A stretch of DNA of 64,000 bases, from the NCBI GenBank assembly GCA_963821375.1, contig CAWGDN010000007.1, positions 47,306-111,305 of the forward strand, given 5' to 3'. The notes under the pieces are model-generated. The model made no database searches. It was not told the DNA's origin and saw only the letters and a list, made by a program, of their open reading frames with translations. The translations under genes were made by a program, and so were the position numbers. Below are positions 29,759 through 38,700 of the stretch, piece by piece. Positions within the stretch are counted from its first letter, which is position 1. Each line of letters begins with the position of its first letter. The DNA comes from Vicinamibacterales bacterium. Lineage in GTDB: Bacteria > Acidobacteriota > Vicinamibacteria > Vicinamibacterales > JAMQPK01.

Positions 29759-30547
29759 ATGCTCCCCCGCCTCCTCTGCGTCTTCCTGGCTGTCCTCGTG
29801 TTCGGCCAAGGCGGAGCCCACGGCCAGGCCGGCCCGCTCACCATCGCTGCTGCGTCAGACCTGCGCACCGTGTTCCCGGATCTTGTGGCCGGCTTCGAGC
29901 GCGAGACCGGAATTAAAGCGACGGTGACGTTCGGCTCGTCGGGAAACTTCCTCGCACAGATTCAGAACGGCGCGCCGTTCGACATGTTCTTCTCTGCCGA
30001 CATCGACTACCCGCGACAGCTGGGGGCAAGCGGCCACGCGGACGCGAGCACCCTCTACCAGTACGCAACAGGCCGCATCGTCCTCTGGACGCGCAAAGAC
30101 AGCGGGATAGACGTGAGTGGCGGACTGAACGTGCTGCTCGACTCGCGCGTGCGGCGCATCGCGATCGCCAATCCGAAGGTGGCGCCCTATGGGCGCGCAG
30201 CGGAGGCCGCACTACGCAGCGCCAAGCTTCTGGACGCCGTGCAAAGCAAACTGGTCCACGGCGACAACACCGGGCAGACGGCGCAACTAGCCGATTCCGG
30301 CAATGCAAATGTTGCGATACTGCCTCTCGCGCTCGCGTTGGGGACCGGGTTGGCCACGAGCGGAACCCATTTCGAAATTCCAGCGTCGGCGCATCCCCCC
30401 ATCGCTCAAGGCGCGATCATCATGACGGCTTCGAAGAACCGCGCCGCAGCCGAACGCTTTCTTGCCTATCTCAAAGGGCCGCAGGCCCAATCGATACTGC
30501 GCAAGTACGGATTCACCACTTCGGCAACACCCCAGAGCTCGCGATAG
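29759..30547 (+). CDS. modA: Molybdate ABC transporter substrate-binding protein
   Basis: Internal ATG 29759 gives a signal peptide. ModA-like blocks (AAASDL...F, FGSSG.L..QI..GAP.D.F.SAD, IANP..APYG.AA). Context is modBC. Confidence 0.85.
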   Translation: MLPRLLCVFLAVLVFGQGGAHGQAGPLTIAAASDLRTVFPDLVAGFERETGIKATVTFGSSGNFLAQIQNGAPFDMFFSADIDYPRQLGASGHADASTLYQYATGRIVLWTRKDSGIDVSGGLNVLLDSRVRRIAIANPKVAPYGRAAEAALRSAKLLDAVQSKLVHGDNTGQTAQLADSGNANVAILPLALALGTGLATSGTHFEIPASAHPPIAQGAIIMTASKNRAAAERFLAYLKGPQAQSILRKYGFTTSATPQSSR

Positions 30548-30552
30548 GCGCC

Positions 30553-31227
30553 ATGGATTGGCAGGCCATCTGGCTCACCGTCAGGCTCGCCGCGCTCGTT
30601 TCAGCGATTCTCCTCGTCATCAGCCTTCCGCTCGCGCACTGGCTCACGTTCTCGCGCCGGCGCTGGACGTTCCTGGTTGAGTCGATCGTGTCCCTGCCGC
30701 TGGTCCTGCCACCGACCGTGCTGGGGTTCTATCTGTTGATGGCGATGGGATCGCGCAGCCCGATCGGGCGGTGGTGGACGTCGATGACGGGACATGGGCT
30801 CGCGTTCACATTCGAGGGGCTGGTCATCGCATCGGTGTTCTACAGCCTGCCTTTTGCGGTTCAGCCGATTGCCGCCGCGTTCGCGCAGGTAGACACGTCG
30901 CTGCAAGAGGCATCCGCCACGCTTGGGGCCGGGCGCCTGCGTACGTTTCTTCGAGTCACGCTGCCGCTTTCCATTGAAGGCATCATCGCCGGCATCGTAT
31001 TGAGCTTCGCGCATACCGTTGGCGAGTTCGGAGTCGTCCTTATGGTTGGAGGGAGCTTGCCTGGCATCACGCGGACGGTGTCGATTGCCGTGTACGACCA
31101 CGTGCAGGCGCTGCAGTACGACGCCGCAAATCAGACGGCGCTCGTGATGCTGGCGTTCTCGATGGCCGTGCTGCTCGTCGTCTATGGCCTGCGCCGGCGT
31201 CCGTGGGCGGCGGGGCCCGCTGCATGA
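30553..31227 (+). CDS. modB: Molybdate ABC transporter permease
   Basis: 224 aa with 5 TM helices and the EAA-loop region (LQEASATLGAGRLRTFLRVTLP). Confidence 0.9.
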   Translation: MDWQAIWLTVRLAALVSAILLVISLPLAHWLTFSRRRWTFLVESIVSLPLVLPPTVLGFYLLMAMGSRSPIGRWWTSMTGHGLAFTFEGLVIASVFYSLPFAVQPIAAAFAQVDTSLQEASATLGAGRLRTFLRVTLPLSIEGIIAGIVLSFAHTVGEFGVVLMVGGSLPGITRTVSIAVYDHVQALQYDAANQTALVMLAFSMAVLLVVYGLRRRPWAAGPAA

Positions 31228-32309
31228 GTGCAGTTGTCGAGATCCAGAAGCGCCTGTCGGATGCGTTCGCGCTCGACGCCGCATTTGACATTCCGGCGGG
31301 GTTTACGGTGCTGTTCGGCGCTTCCGGATCGGGCAAGACCACCATTCTTCGCGCCATTGCCGGCCTCACTCGTCCTGACGCCGGCCGAATCATCGTTGGA
31401 GGCACCAGCCTGTTCGACAGCAATGCGTCCGTCGACGTACCGGTTCAACAGCGGCGCGCGGGTTACGTGTTTCAACAGCTCGCGCTGTTCCCTCACATGA
31501 CCGTTCGCGACAACATCGCCTACGGCCTGCAGACTGCCACGGCGGCCGAGACGCCCTCGCGCGTCGACGCAATCGCCGAGTCTTTCCGCATCGCGCACCT
31601 CCTCGATCGAAAACCCGGCCAGATCTCAGGCGGCGAACGGCAGCGCACTGCGCTCGCTCGTGCGCTGGTGACCGATCCAGCGATCCTGCTGCTCGACGAG
31701 CCGTTGTCGGCTCTCGACCATGCCATTCAGGCACGCATTCTCGACGACCTTCGTCGTTGGAACGAGCGCAGGAAGATACCGGCGCTCTACGTCACGCACA
31801 GTCATCGCGAGGCGTACGAGATCGGAGAGCGCGTGATTGCCCTCGAGCACGGCCGAATCGTCGCCACTGGGTCGTCGCACGAGGTGCTCGATCAGCCCTC
31901 GCACCGCATGCTCGCCACCCTGGCCGGATTCGAGAACATCTTCGGCGCAACAGTGATCGAGCGCGCGGTCAACAACGGGACGATGCGCACCCGGCTGGAC
32001 GGCAGCCAGACCGACCTCGAGGTCCCCCTCACCGAGCACCAGCGCGGCGCCCGCATCACGGTGGCGGTTCGCGCCGGGGACATCATGCTGGCTGCGGGCG
32101 AGCCGCACGGCATCAGCGCACGAAACACCCTGCGCGGACATCTGCTCGATATCACCCTTCACGGCCCGACCGTCATCGCCAGGGTCGACGTTGGCGCCAC
32201 GTTTGTCGTGCACGTAACGCCGAGCGCCCTTCACGCACTCCAGCTTCAGGCTGGGCGAGAGGTGTGGCTCGTCATCAAAACGTATTCCTGTCGTGTATTG
32301 GCGGGGTGA
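31224..32309 (+). CDS. modC: Molybdate ABC transporter ATP-binding protein with C-terminal TOBE domain
   Basis: ATGA overlap with modB. Has Walker A GASGSGKTT, signature ISGGERQRTALARAL, Walker B LLLDEP and a C-terminal TOBE-like part. Confidence 0.9.
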   Translation: MSAVVEIQKRLSDAFALDAAFDIPAGFTVLFGASGSGKTTILRAIAGLTRPDAGRIIVGGTSLFDSNASVDVPVQQRRAGYVFQQLALFPHMTVRDNIAYGLQTATAAETPSRVDAIAESFRIAHLLDRKPGQISGGERQRTALARALVTDPAILLLDEPLSALDHAIQARILDDLRRWNERRKIPALYVTHSHREAYEIGERVIALEHGRIVATGSSHEVLDQPSHRMLATLAGFENIFGATVIERAVNNGTMRTRLDGSQTDLEVPLTEHQRGARITVAVRAGDIMLAAGEPHGISARNTLRGHLLDITLHGPTVIARVDVGATFVVHVTPSALHALQLQAGREVWLVIKTYSCRVLAG

Positions 32310-32312
32310 CAC

Positions 32313-32777
32313 ATGATGCTTCTGACAGTTCGCACCGCGGCTCAACGTCTCGGCGTCGGCTACTCCACGCTCAAGCAGTGGATCTATTCAGGCAAAATCA
32401 GAACGACAACCACGGCCGGTGGTCATCATCGGATTTCAGACGCTGAGCTCGAGCGCCTACAGGCGCACACGCAGCCGGCATCACCGAAGAAGGGACGCCA
32501 TCCGAGTGAGGACGGGCTGATCGTCGCGTTGAGCGGGCGTAACCGTCTCCACGGCTTTGTCGACGAAGTGCGCCGCGACGGCCTTGTCGCGCAGGTGCGA
32601 CTGCGCGTCGGCGATCAAACGCTTACGGCGGTGATTACGAGCGACGCCGTCGACGAGCTGAAACTTCGCCGCGGCGACGATGCGGTGGCGATCATCAAGT
32701 CGACGGATGTGCTCATCGCAAGAGAGCTGCAGCTGCCGCGGGTGCGCGCGAAGCGAAAACCAAGAATCCGCTCCTGA
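32313..32777 (+). CDS. MerR/excisionase-type HTH fused to a TOBE/Mop molybdate-binding domain (putative Mo-responsive regulator)
   Basis: N-terminal LTVRTAAQRLGVGYSTLKQWIYSGKI. The C-terminal part is SGRNRL.G.V..V..DG....V.L.VG.Q.L.AVIT..A...L.L..GD.V.A.IK...V. Confidence 0.75.
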   Translation: MMLLTVRTAAQRLGVGYSTLKQWIYSGKIRTTTTAGGHHRISDAELERLQAHTQPASPKKGRHPSEDGLIVALSGRNRLHGFVDEVRRDGLVAQVRLRVGDQTLTAVITSDAVDELKLRRGDDAVAIIKSTDVLIARELQLPRVRAKRKPRIRS

Positions 32778-32802
32778 ATCCGCGCATAACTAGGCCAAAG
32801 GT

Positions 32803-33381
32803 CTAACTTCTCGGGTAGCGACGCAGCAGATCGCGCACCGCCTCGCGCAACAGCGCCTCACGGCGTTTCAGGTCGGTTCCCATGCGGATGTTCGCCTGGG
32901 CCAGGCCCCGCCACACGACTTCGCCTTTGGCGTTGACATCGAGAAGCAGCGAGCCCCGGTTTTTCACTTCGAGCGATTGCGTCGAGGCTAAGAACGGCGG
33001 CACCTCCCACGCATATGCGCCGGGAACAAACTGACCGATCGTCTGCGCCGACGCGGTCGTCGAGAGCAACAGGAAGTACGCGACGGTCACATCAGGTGTG
33101 CCGGTCGTGAACTCCAGCCCGCGCTCCTTCATGTTGGAGGTGACGGCGTCCATCACGATCGGATCGACCTGCTTCTTCACCGCGTCGGGATCGTCGTCCG
33201 GCGTCCGCGCCATCAACACCTTGCCTGGGCCGTCAGGGCCCCACCCCCATGTTCGCGGGGCTTTGAAGTCGAACTTCTTGTCGAAGTCAATCTTCACGTC
33301 GACGGCGAGCGCCGCCTGGACCGCGACCAGAATGGCTGTCGCGATGGTGATGGCCGCCACTCTCGCATGCATGTTCAGCAC
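32803..33381 (-). CDS. DUF4136-like secreted or lipoprotein
   Basis: 192-aa ORF with a signal sequence. Its pattern resembles DUF4136, but this is weak recognition. Confidence 0.45.
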   Translation of the reverse strand: MLNMHARVAAITIATAILVAVQAALAVDVKIDFDKKFDFKAPRTWGWGPDGPGKVLMARTPDDDPDAVKKQVDPIVMDAVTSNMKERGLEFTTGTPDVTVAYFLLLSTTASAQTIGQFVPGAYAWEVPPFLASTQSLEVKNRGSLLLDVNAKGEVVWRGLAQANIRMGTDLKRREALLREAVRDLLRRYPRS

Positions 33382-33392
33382 AATTCAGCTCC

Positions 33393-33923
33393 TTGGCGCA
33401 TTCGCGTGCCACAATCAACGAAGGCAACGTCGAAGGACACGCCGTGCCCGTCATTATCATCCCATTCGAGAACCGCTTCGCGGTAGATTTCAAGCGGCTC
33501 AACGTCGAATGGCTCGAGATGTACTTCGGCGTCGAACCGCACGACGAGGTCGTTCTGTCCGATCCCGAGGGCCAGATTCTCGCGCCCGGCGGCCATATCT
33601 TTCTCGCTCAGACCGAAGGCGAGATCGTCGGAACGTGCGCGCTGCTGAGTGCCGGCGACGGGCGATTCGAGATAGCCAAGATGTCGGTGACGCCCCGGTT
33701 CAAGGGCCGCGGAATAGGCCGCCAGCTGCTCGACGCGGCGATTGTGCATTTCCGCAAACTCGGCGGCAGCGAGCTCTTTCTCGAGTCGAACAGCCGAATG
33801 ACGCCTGCCCTCTCGCTGTACGAATCGAGCGGCTTCGTGCACGCGCCCCGTCCTGAACCCTCGCACTACAAGCGGAGCGACGTGTACATGGTGTACCGCT
33901 CAGAACCAAAACCCAAAGCCTAG
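33393..33923 (+). CDS. GNAT family N-acetyltransferase (alternative GTG start at 33444)
   Basis: Acetyl-CoA binding block RFKGRGIGRQLL and C-terminal LYESSGF. Confidence 0.75.
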   Translation: MAHSRATINEGNVEGHAVPVIIIPFENRFAVDFKRLNVEWLEMYFGVEPHDEVVLSDPEGQILAPGGHIFLAQTEGEIVGTCALLSAGDGRFEIAKMSVTPRFKGRGIGRQLLDAAIVHFRKLGGSELFLESNSRMTPALSLYESSGFVHAPRPEPSHYKRSDVYMVYRSEPKPKA

Positions 33924-33953
33924 AGCCTCGAGCCTGAAGCCTGAAGCCCGTCT
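33924..33953. repeat. Stop-to-stop block AGCCTC GAGCCT GAAGCCT GAAGCCC with hairpin CTGAAG-cccgt-CTTCAG
   Basis: Read directly. It belongs to the same word family as 22717-22814 and 24863-24957. Confidence 0.7.
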
Positions 33954-35678
33954 TCAGCGTGTCTCCGTGTCCGGACACACAGGGCTGTTGGGGACCTTCG
34001 GGACTTCGTAGACTCTGTAGTCGAAACCGAGGTTCCCACCAAAGGTTCGATCCGCATCCACGCGATGGAGAAGATTCAGCTGCCGGAGGGCTGGATGTTC
34101 GAAGAGGGGCTCGGGAACGACCACCCAATCGCATCCGCCGATCTGCTCGATGCCCTGATCCAGCACCGCACCCAGGTTTCTCACGCGCCGAATCTCAAAT
34201 GGAGCGTCGCCGATGTCGAGCCAGTTTCGCGGGAGCAGCAGCAGGCTGCCCGGCCGAGCATTTTCGCGTAGCCAGGTGATGGTTACCTCGTGCGTTTGTG
34301 GTGAGACGCGGCGACTGAAGCTGACTGTGCCAGCCCACACCGGCTGCCACAATACCGCGATGGTCGCCAGCGCGATGACCTGTTGGGCGGTCCCTCGCGG
34401 CCACCGCCTCGACACTTGTGGATCCGCGTGTGACCGCACCCACCGGACTCCGGCGGCAAGGGCGACGGCGCCGGCAACGGCAACGAACGGCACAAGCGGA
34501 TACACCCAGCGCGCGACTTGAAGCGGCCGGCCCGTCATGAACCACATGTAGGCGATCGGGAAGCTGATGAGTATCCAGAGCTTCACGTCTTTGGAGGCAA
34601 GCGCGTAGACCGCGAAGGCCGAGGCCAACAACGTGACCGCCCAGCCTGGTCCCGTCCACACAAGAGTTCCCACGTACACGGCGGCGGGATTGTCGGTTGA
34701 CCACTGATGTTCGGGACCCGTGAAAGAGTGTTGTTCTGACAACTGTTGAAGGAAGTTCGGAAAATCAGACCAGATGTAGTGATTGGACAGGCCAACCGCC
34801 GCGACAAACGCGACGAGCGCCAAGGCCATCGCCGATGTTCGGGCGCGCGTCCCTGGCACCAAGAGGGCGGCTATCGAGACGGGCAGGATCGCGAATACGG
34901 CCGAGAACTTGACGGCCGCCGCCAGTCCGGCAAAGGCACCAGCGGCAAGAATCCATGCGCGCGCGCCGTTGTCGACGTACCGAAGGGCGAGGTACGTCGC
35001 TGCCATCACTGCGAGCACCATTCCGGCGTCATTGCGAACGAGGACGGTGGTCTCGACGGCGATAGGCACAATCGCCACCAGCGCGGCGCCGATGAGGCCG
35101 GCAGCAGGTCCGGACACTCGCAAGCCAACCAGCCCGGTCACGGCCACCGTTGCGACGGCAACCCAGATGTTCGCCAGTCGCGATGCTTGCGCGAACGCCT
35201 CGACCGGCATCCGAGCCACCGTCGGCGTCGTCCCGCCGGTCAGGCCGCCGAGGAACGCAGCGAACGAAGAGCCGGCGAAGAGCCAATACACGGCGCCCGG
35301 GTACTGCTCGATATGCTCGTGGCGTGGGACTCCGCTGACGAAGAACTGCCTGACGCTCGCCGCCACACGCTGCTCGTCGACGTCGAGCGGCGACTGACCC
35401 AGATCGCTTGCAAAGCCTGGCACCCTCACCAGAGCCGCGAGCAGACACAACGCGAAGAGACCGAAGGCGAATCCGTGTGCTCGCACGCTCGCCTGCAGAT
35501 CAGCCGGCCAGTTGCGCCGCGCCAGTTCCATCAGATGAAGTGCTGCAAGCAGCGCCGCCAGGATCCCGACGCTTGGCAGCCATTCGCGAAACACGCCGGT
35601 CAGCCGCAGTATGAGCGCCGTCGAAATCGCGACCGACAACACTCTGGCCACAACGGACATCTCCGCGTTCCCATTCAT
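33954..35678 (-). CDS. GT-C fold glycosyltransferase-like membrane protein (GT39/ArnT-like)
   Basis: 574-aa intact ORF with at least 10 TM helices followed by a soluble C-terminal domain. The family call is by architecture only. Confidence 0.6.
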   Translation of the reverse strand: MNGNAEMSVVARVLSVAISTALILRLTGVFREWLPSVGILAALLAALHLMELARRNWPADLQASVRAHGFAFGLFALCLLAALVRVPGFASDLGQSPLDVDEQRVAASVRQFFVSGVPRHEHIEQYPGAVYWLFAGSSFAAFLGGLTGGTTPTVARMPVEAFAQASRLANIWVAVATVAVTGLVGLRVSGPAAGLIGAALVAIVPIAVETTVLVRNDAGMVLAVMAATYLALRYVDNGARAWILAAGAFAGLAAAVKFSAVFAILPVSIAALLVPGTRARTSAMALALVAFVAAVGLSNHYIWSDFPNFLQQLSEQHSFTGPEHQWSTDNPAAVYVGTLVWTGPGWAVTLLASAFAVYALASKDVKLWILISFPIAYMWFMTGRPLQVARWVYPLVPFVAVAGAVALAAGVRWVRSHADPQVSRRWPRGTAQQVIALATIAVLWQPVWAGTVSFSRRVSPQTHEVTITWLRENARPGSLLLLPRNWLDIGDAPFEIRRVRNLGAVLDQGIEQIGGCDWVVVPEPLFEHPALRQLNLLHRVDADRTFGGNLGFDYRVYEVPKVPNSPVCPDTETR

Positions 35679-35729
35679 CGCATCAGGATGCCATAAACGG
35701 GCCCGCCCAAAGCCCGGCGCCTGAAGCGA

Positions 35730-38700
35730 TCAGAAGCTGACGCCGAAACGCACGCTGTGCCGATCGTCCGTGCCGCCATGACGCATCTCATACACAAGCG
35801 AGGCGCCAACGCCACCGGCGAGATAGGTAAGCCCTGCACGGCTTGTGAAGCTGTCGCGTCCGACGTTTCCGTTCAGCAAGAAGCTGCCTTCATCGCTATC
35901 GAGCAGCCGGAGAACAATACCGCTGTTCGATCCATCGACCTGCCGGCGATACTCTCCCGCCAGCATGGGGCGGAATCGTCCGATCGTTCGGCTCGCGCGC
36001 AGTCCGGTGTCCCACTGCAACGAATCGAATGCGTGATCTCCCGCCGAGAGCGATAGCGAGCCTGCGCCGCTTTCCGACCAGGCCGCGCGCGAATAGCGCC
36101 CGTAGCGCGCGCCCATCAAGGGGTTGAGTGACCACTCGCCAACCTGTGCGCGGGCGGACCATTCGCCCCACACATCGGAGGCGACCTCCGTGGGACGGCT
36201 CTGCGCTTCGCGGCGGATGCCGCCGAACAGCGGCTGACCGCCGAACGCTTCCGGCGCAGTCGCGGCAAACTCGAATCGACGCCGAATGTCGTACTCGCTG
36301 CGCGCGAGGCTCACTCCCGCGTTGACGATCGATCGGGCTCCTCGATATCCAACGTGCCCGAATCCGCGCCACGACATGTAGTGGCTCGACTCGTTGACGT
36401 GTTGGAGGGCCAGCGAGGCCTTCGCATATGCCCCCCCTGCTCCAACGAGCCATCCGCGCGCACGGCCGTAGTCCAGTCCGATGGCAGACTGCCACAACTG
36501 TCCTTCGGTGGCGTGCTGCACTTGACTCCACATCCGGCGCCCTTCGACGCCAGCGTCCGCGCGTAGTCCCGATTCCTCGCGCACGAGATCCATGAGAGAT
36601 TCGCCGTCGATCACACCAAGCCGTCCGGTAGCAGCGTGGATCTCACCCGCCAGAGCCGCCAGCGCCGTGTCGAGGCTTGGATCATCCAGCGCGGAGAGTT
36701 CCCGGATGGAAATCGACAGATCGCCAGTCGCTACAGGGCGAAGTCGATCGAGCGCCGCACCGGCGGCCGTGCCCTGCGGAGTCGTCGCGTACGAACCCAG
36801 CTTTGACTGCGTATTCACCAACGTGACACCGACCACGTTGGAACCCGCAGAAATCCAGGGCTCGAGGATGGGGTTCGTGCTTGTCGCAACCGCGGTGCCG
36901 GCAATTCCACCCGAGGCGCTCAACGACCGGATAAAAGGTCGCGCGGGCGATAGTCTCCCGCCTGCGCATCGATCACGAGACTCGTATCGGTGAAGGTTAT
37001 CGCACCGCCTGAGCTGAGCGAGGCGTGCTGTCCTGTCGCATCGACCGCGACGACCGCCTGCGATCCAGCAGACATCTCCAGATCCCCCGCAAGTGCGAGG
37101 GTACCGAAGGGGACGGCCGGCGAGCCTGGCTGGATGGTTCCCTCGACCGTCACCGGGCCAGCGACCGATCCGCTTCCAGAGAATGCCGCGCCGCTTTTCA
37201 CGTCGACCCGACTCGAGAGAGCGCCGTCCAACAACAAGGTCCCCGACTCCACACGTGTCCCACCGGTGTGAGTGTGAGCACCCGACAGCGCCAGCGTGCC
37301 TGCGCCCGCATGAACCACTGTGCCGCTCCCGGCGATGCCGCCTCGCACGGTGAAGGAGCCCTTCTTGTTGAACACAAGCACGCCGTCGTTCAGGATGGCG
37401 CCGGCGAGCTCCCCGTCGCCGGATTCCTGCGGAATCGAGACGGCCAGCGTCGATGCTCCGGAGAGTTCGCTGACCCCGGCCATTTCTGGGCTGTCGGCGA
37501 GCCGCAACGTGCCGGCGCGGACGACGGTGCCGCCAGTGTAGCTCGCGACTCCGCGGAGAATCGTGGTGCCGGGCCCGGCCTGAACGACCGAACCAGAACC
37601 GCTGATGTCGCCGTCGAAGGTAACGAGATCGGCGCGGTTGAACACGAGCGTTCCGTCATCGTCGACATCGCCCACAATGCTGCCCCGCGTCCCGCCATCG
37701 CCGATCTGGAGCGTGCCCGCCGCGATCTTCGTGCCACCGGTGTAGGTGTTGGTTCCCGTCAGCACCGTCGTACCAGCGCCGGCCTGCAGGACCTGGCCGT
37801 CGCCCCGAACATCGCCATCGAATGCGACCGTATCCGATCGATCGAACGCGATGACGCCGTCGTTTTCGACGCTGCCGGCAAGGCTGCCTTTCGTGCCGCC
37901 ATCACCGATCTGCAAAGTACCCGAGGCGATCACCGTGCCTCCGGAATGCGTGTGCCGGCCGGTCAGCACAACCTTTCCGTCGCCCGCATGAATGAGCGTG
38001 CCCCTACCCGCAGTATCGCCCTGGAAGGTGATGGAGTCTGCACGATCGAAAACGAGCGCGCCGTTGTTGACCACATCGCCGGTCAGGCTGCCTGAGATTC
38101 CCCCGGCGCCGACCTGGAGGGCACCTGACTGAATCACGGTCCCACCGGCGTACGTGTTGTGGCCAGTCAGAACCGTCCTCCCCAATCCCATCTGCAGGAC
38201 CGAGCCCGCTCCGCTGATGTCCCCGCTGACACTCAGTTCGTCGCTTCGGTTGAAGGCCAGCACGCCTACGTTGACAACGGCGCCGCTCCCCAACGTTCCA
38301 GCCGTTCCGCCATCACCCACTTGCAGAGTGCCACCGCTGTTGAGCGTCGTCCCGGTGTACGTGTTCGCCCCGCTGAGGACCAGAGTGTTGGAACCCAGTT
38401 TCGTCAGCGAACCGGCTCCCCTGATGGCATTGCCAAGGGTGACGGCGTCACTGCGGTCGATGATCAGAGCTGCGTTGTTAACGACCTCTCCGGTGCCCAG
38501 ACGACCAGTAGTCCCTCCGTCGCCCACACGAAGAGCGCCTGCCGCAATGGTGGTGCCGCCCGTGTACGTGTTGTCTGCCGTGAGCGTGGTCGTACCTGAA
38601 CCGAGTTGCGCCAGTTCGCCGCTCCCGCTGATGAGCGCGGAAAGGACAAACGAGTCGGATCGATTGATTCCAAAGACGCCGTTGTTGACCACGTTGCCAG

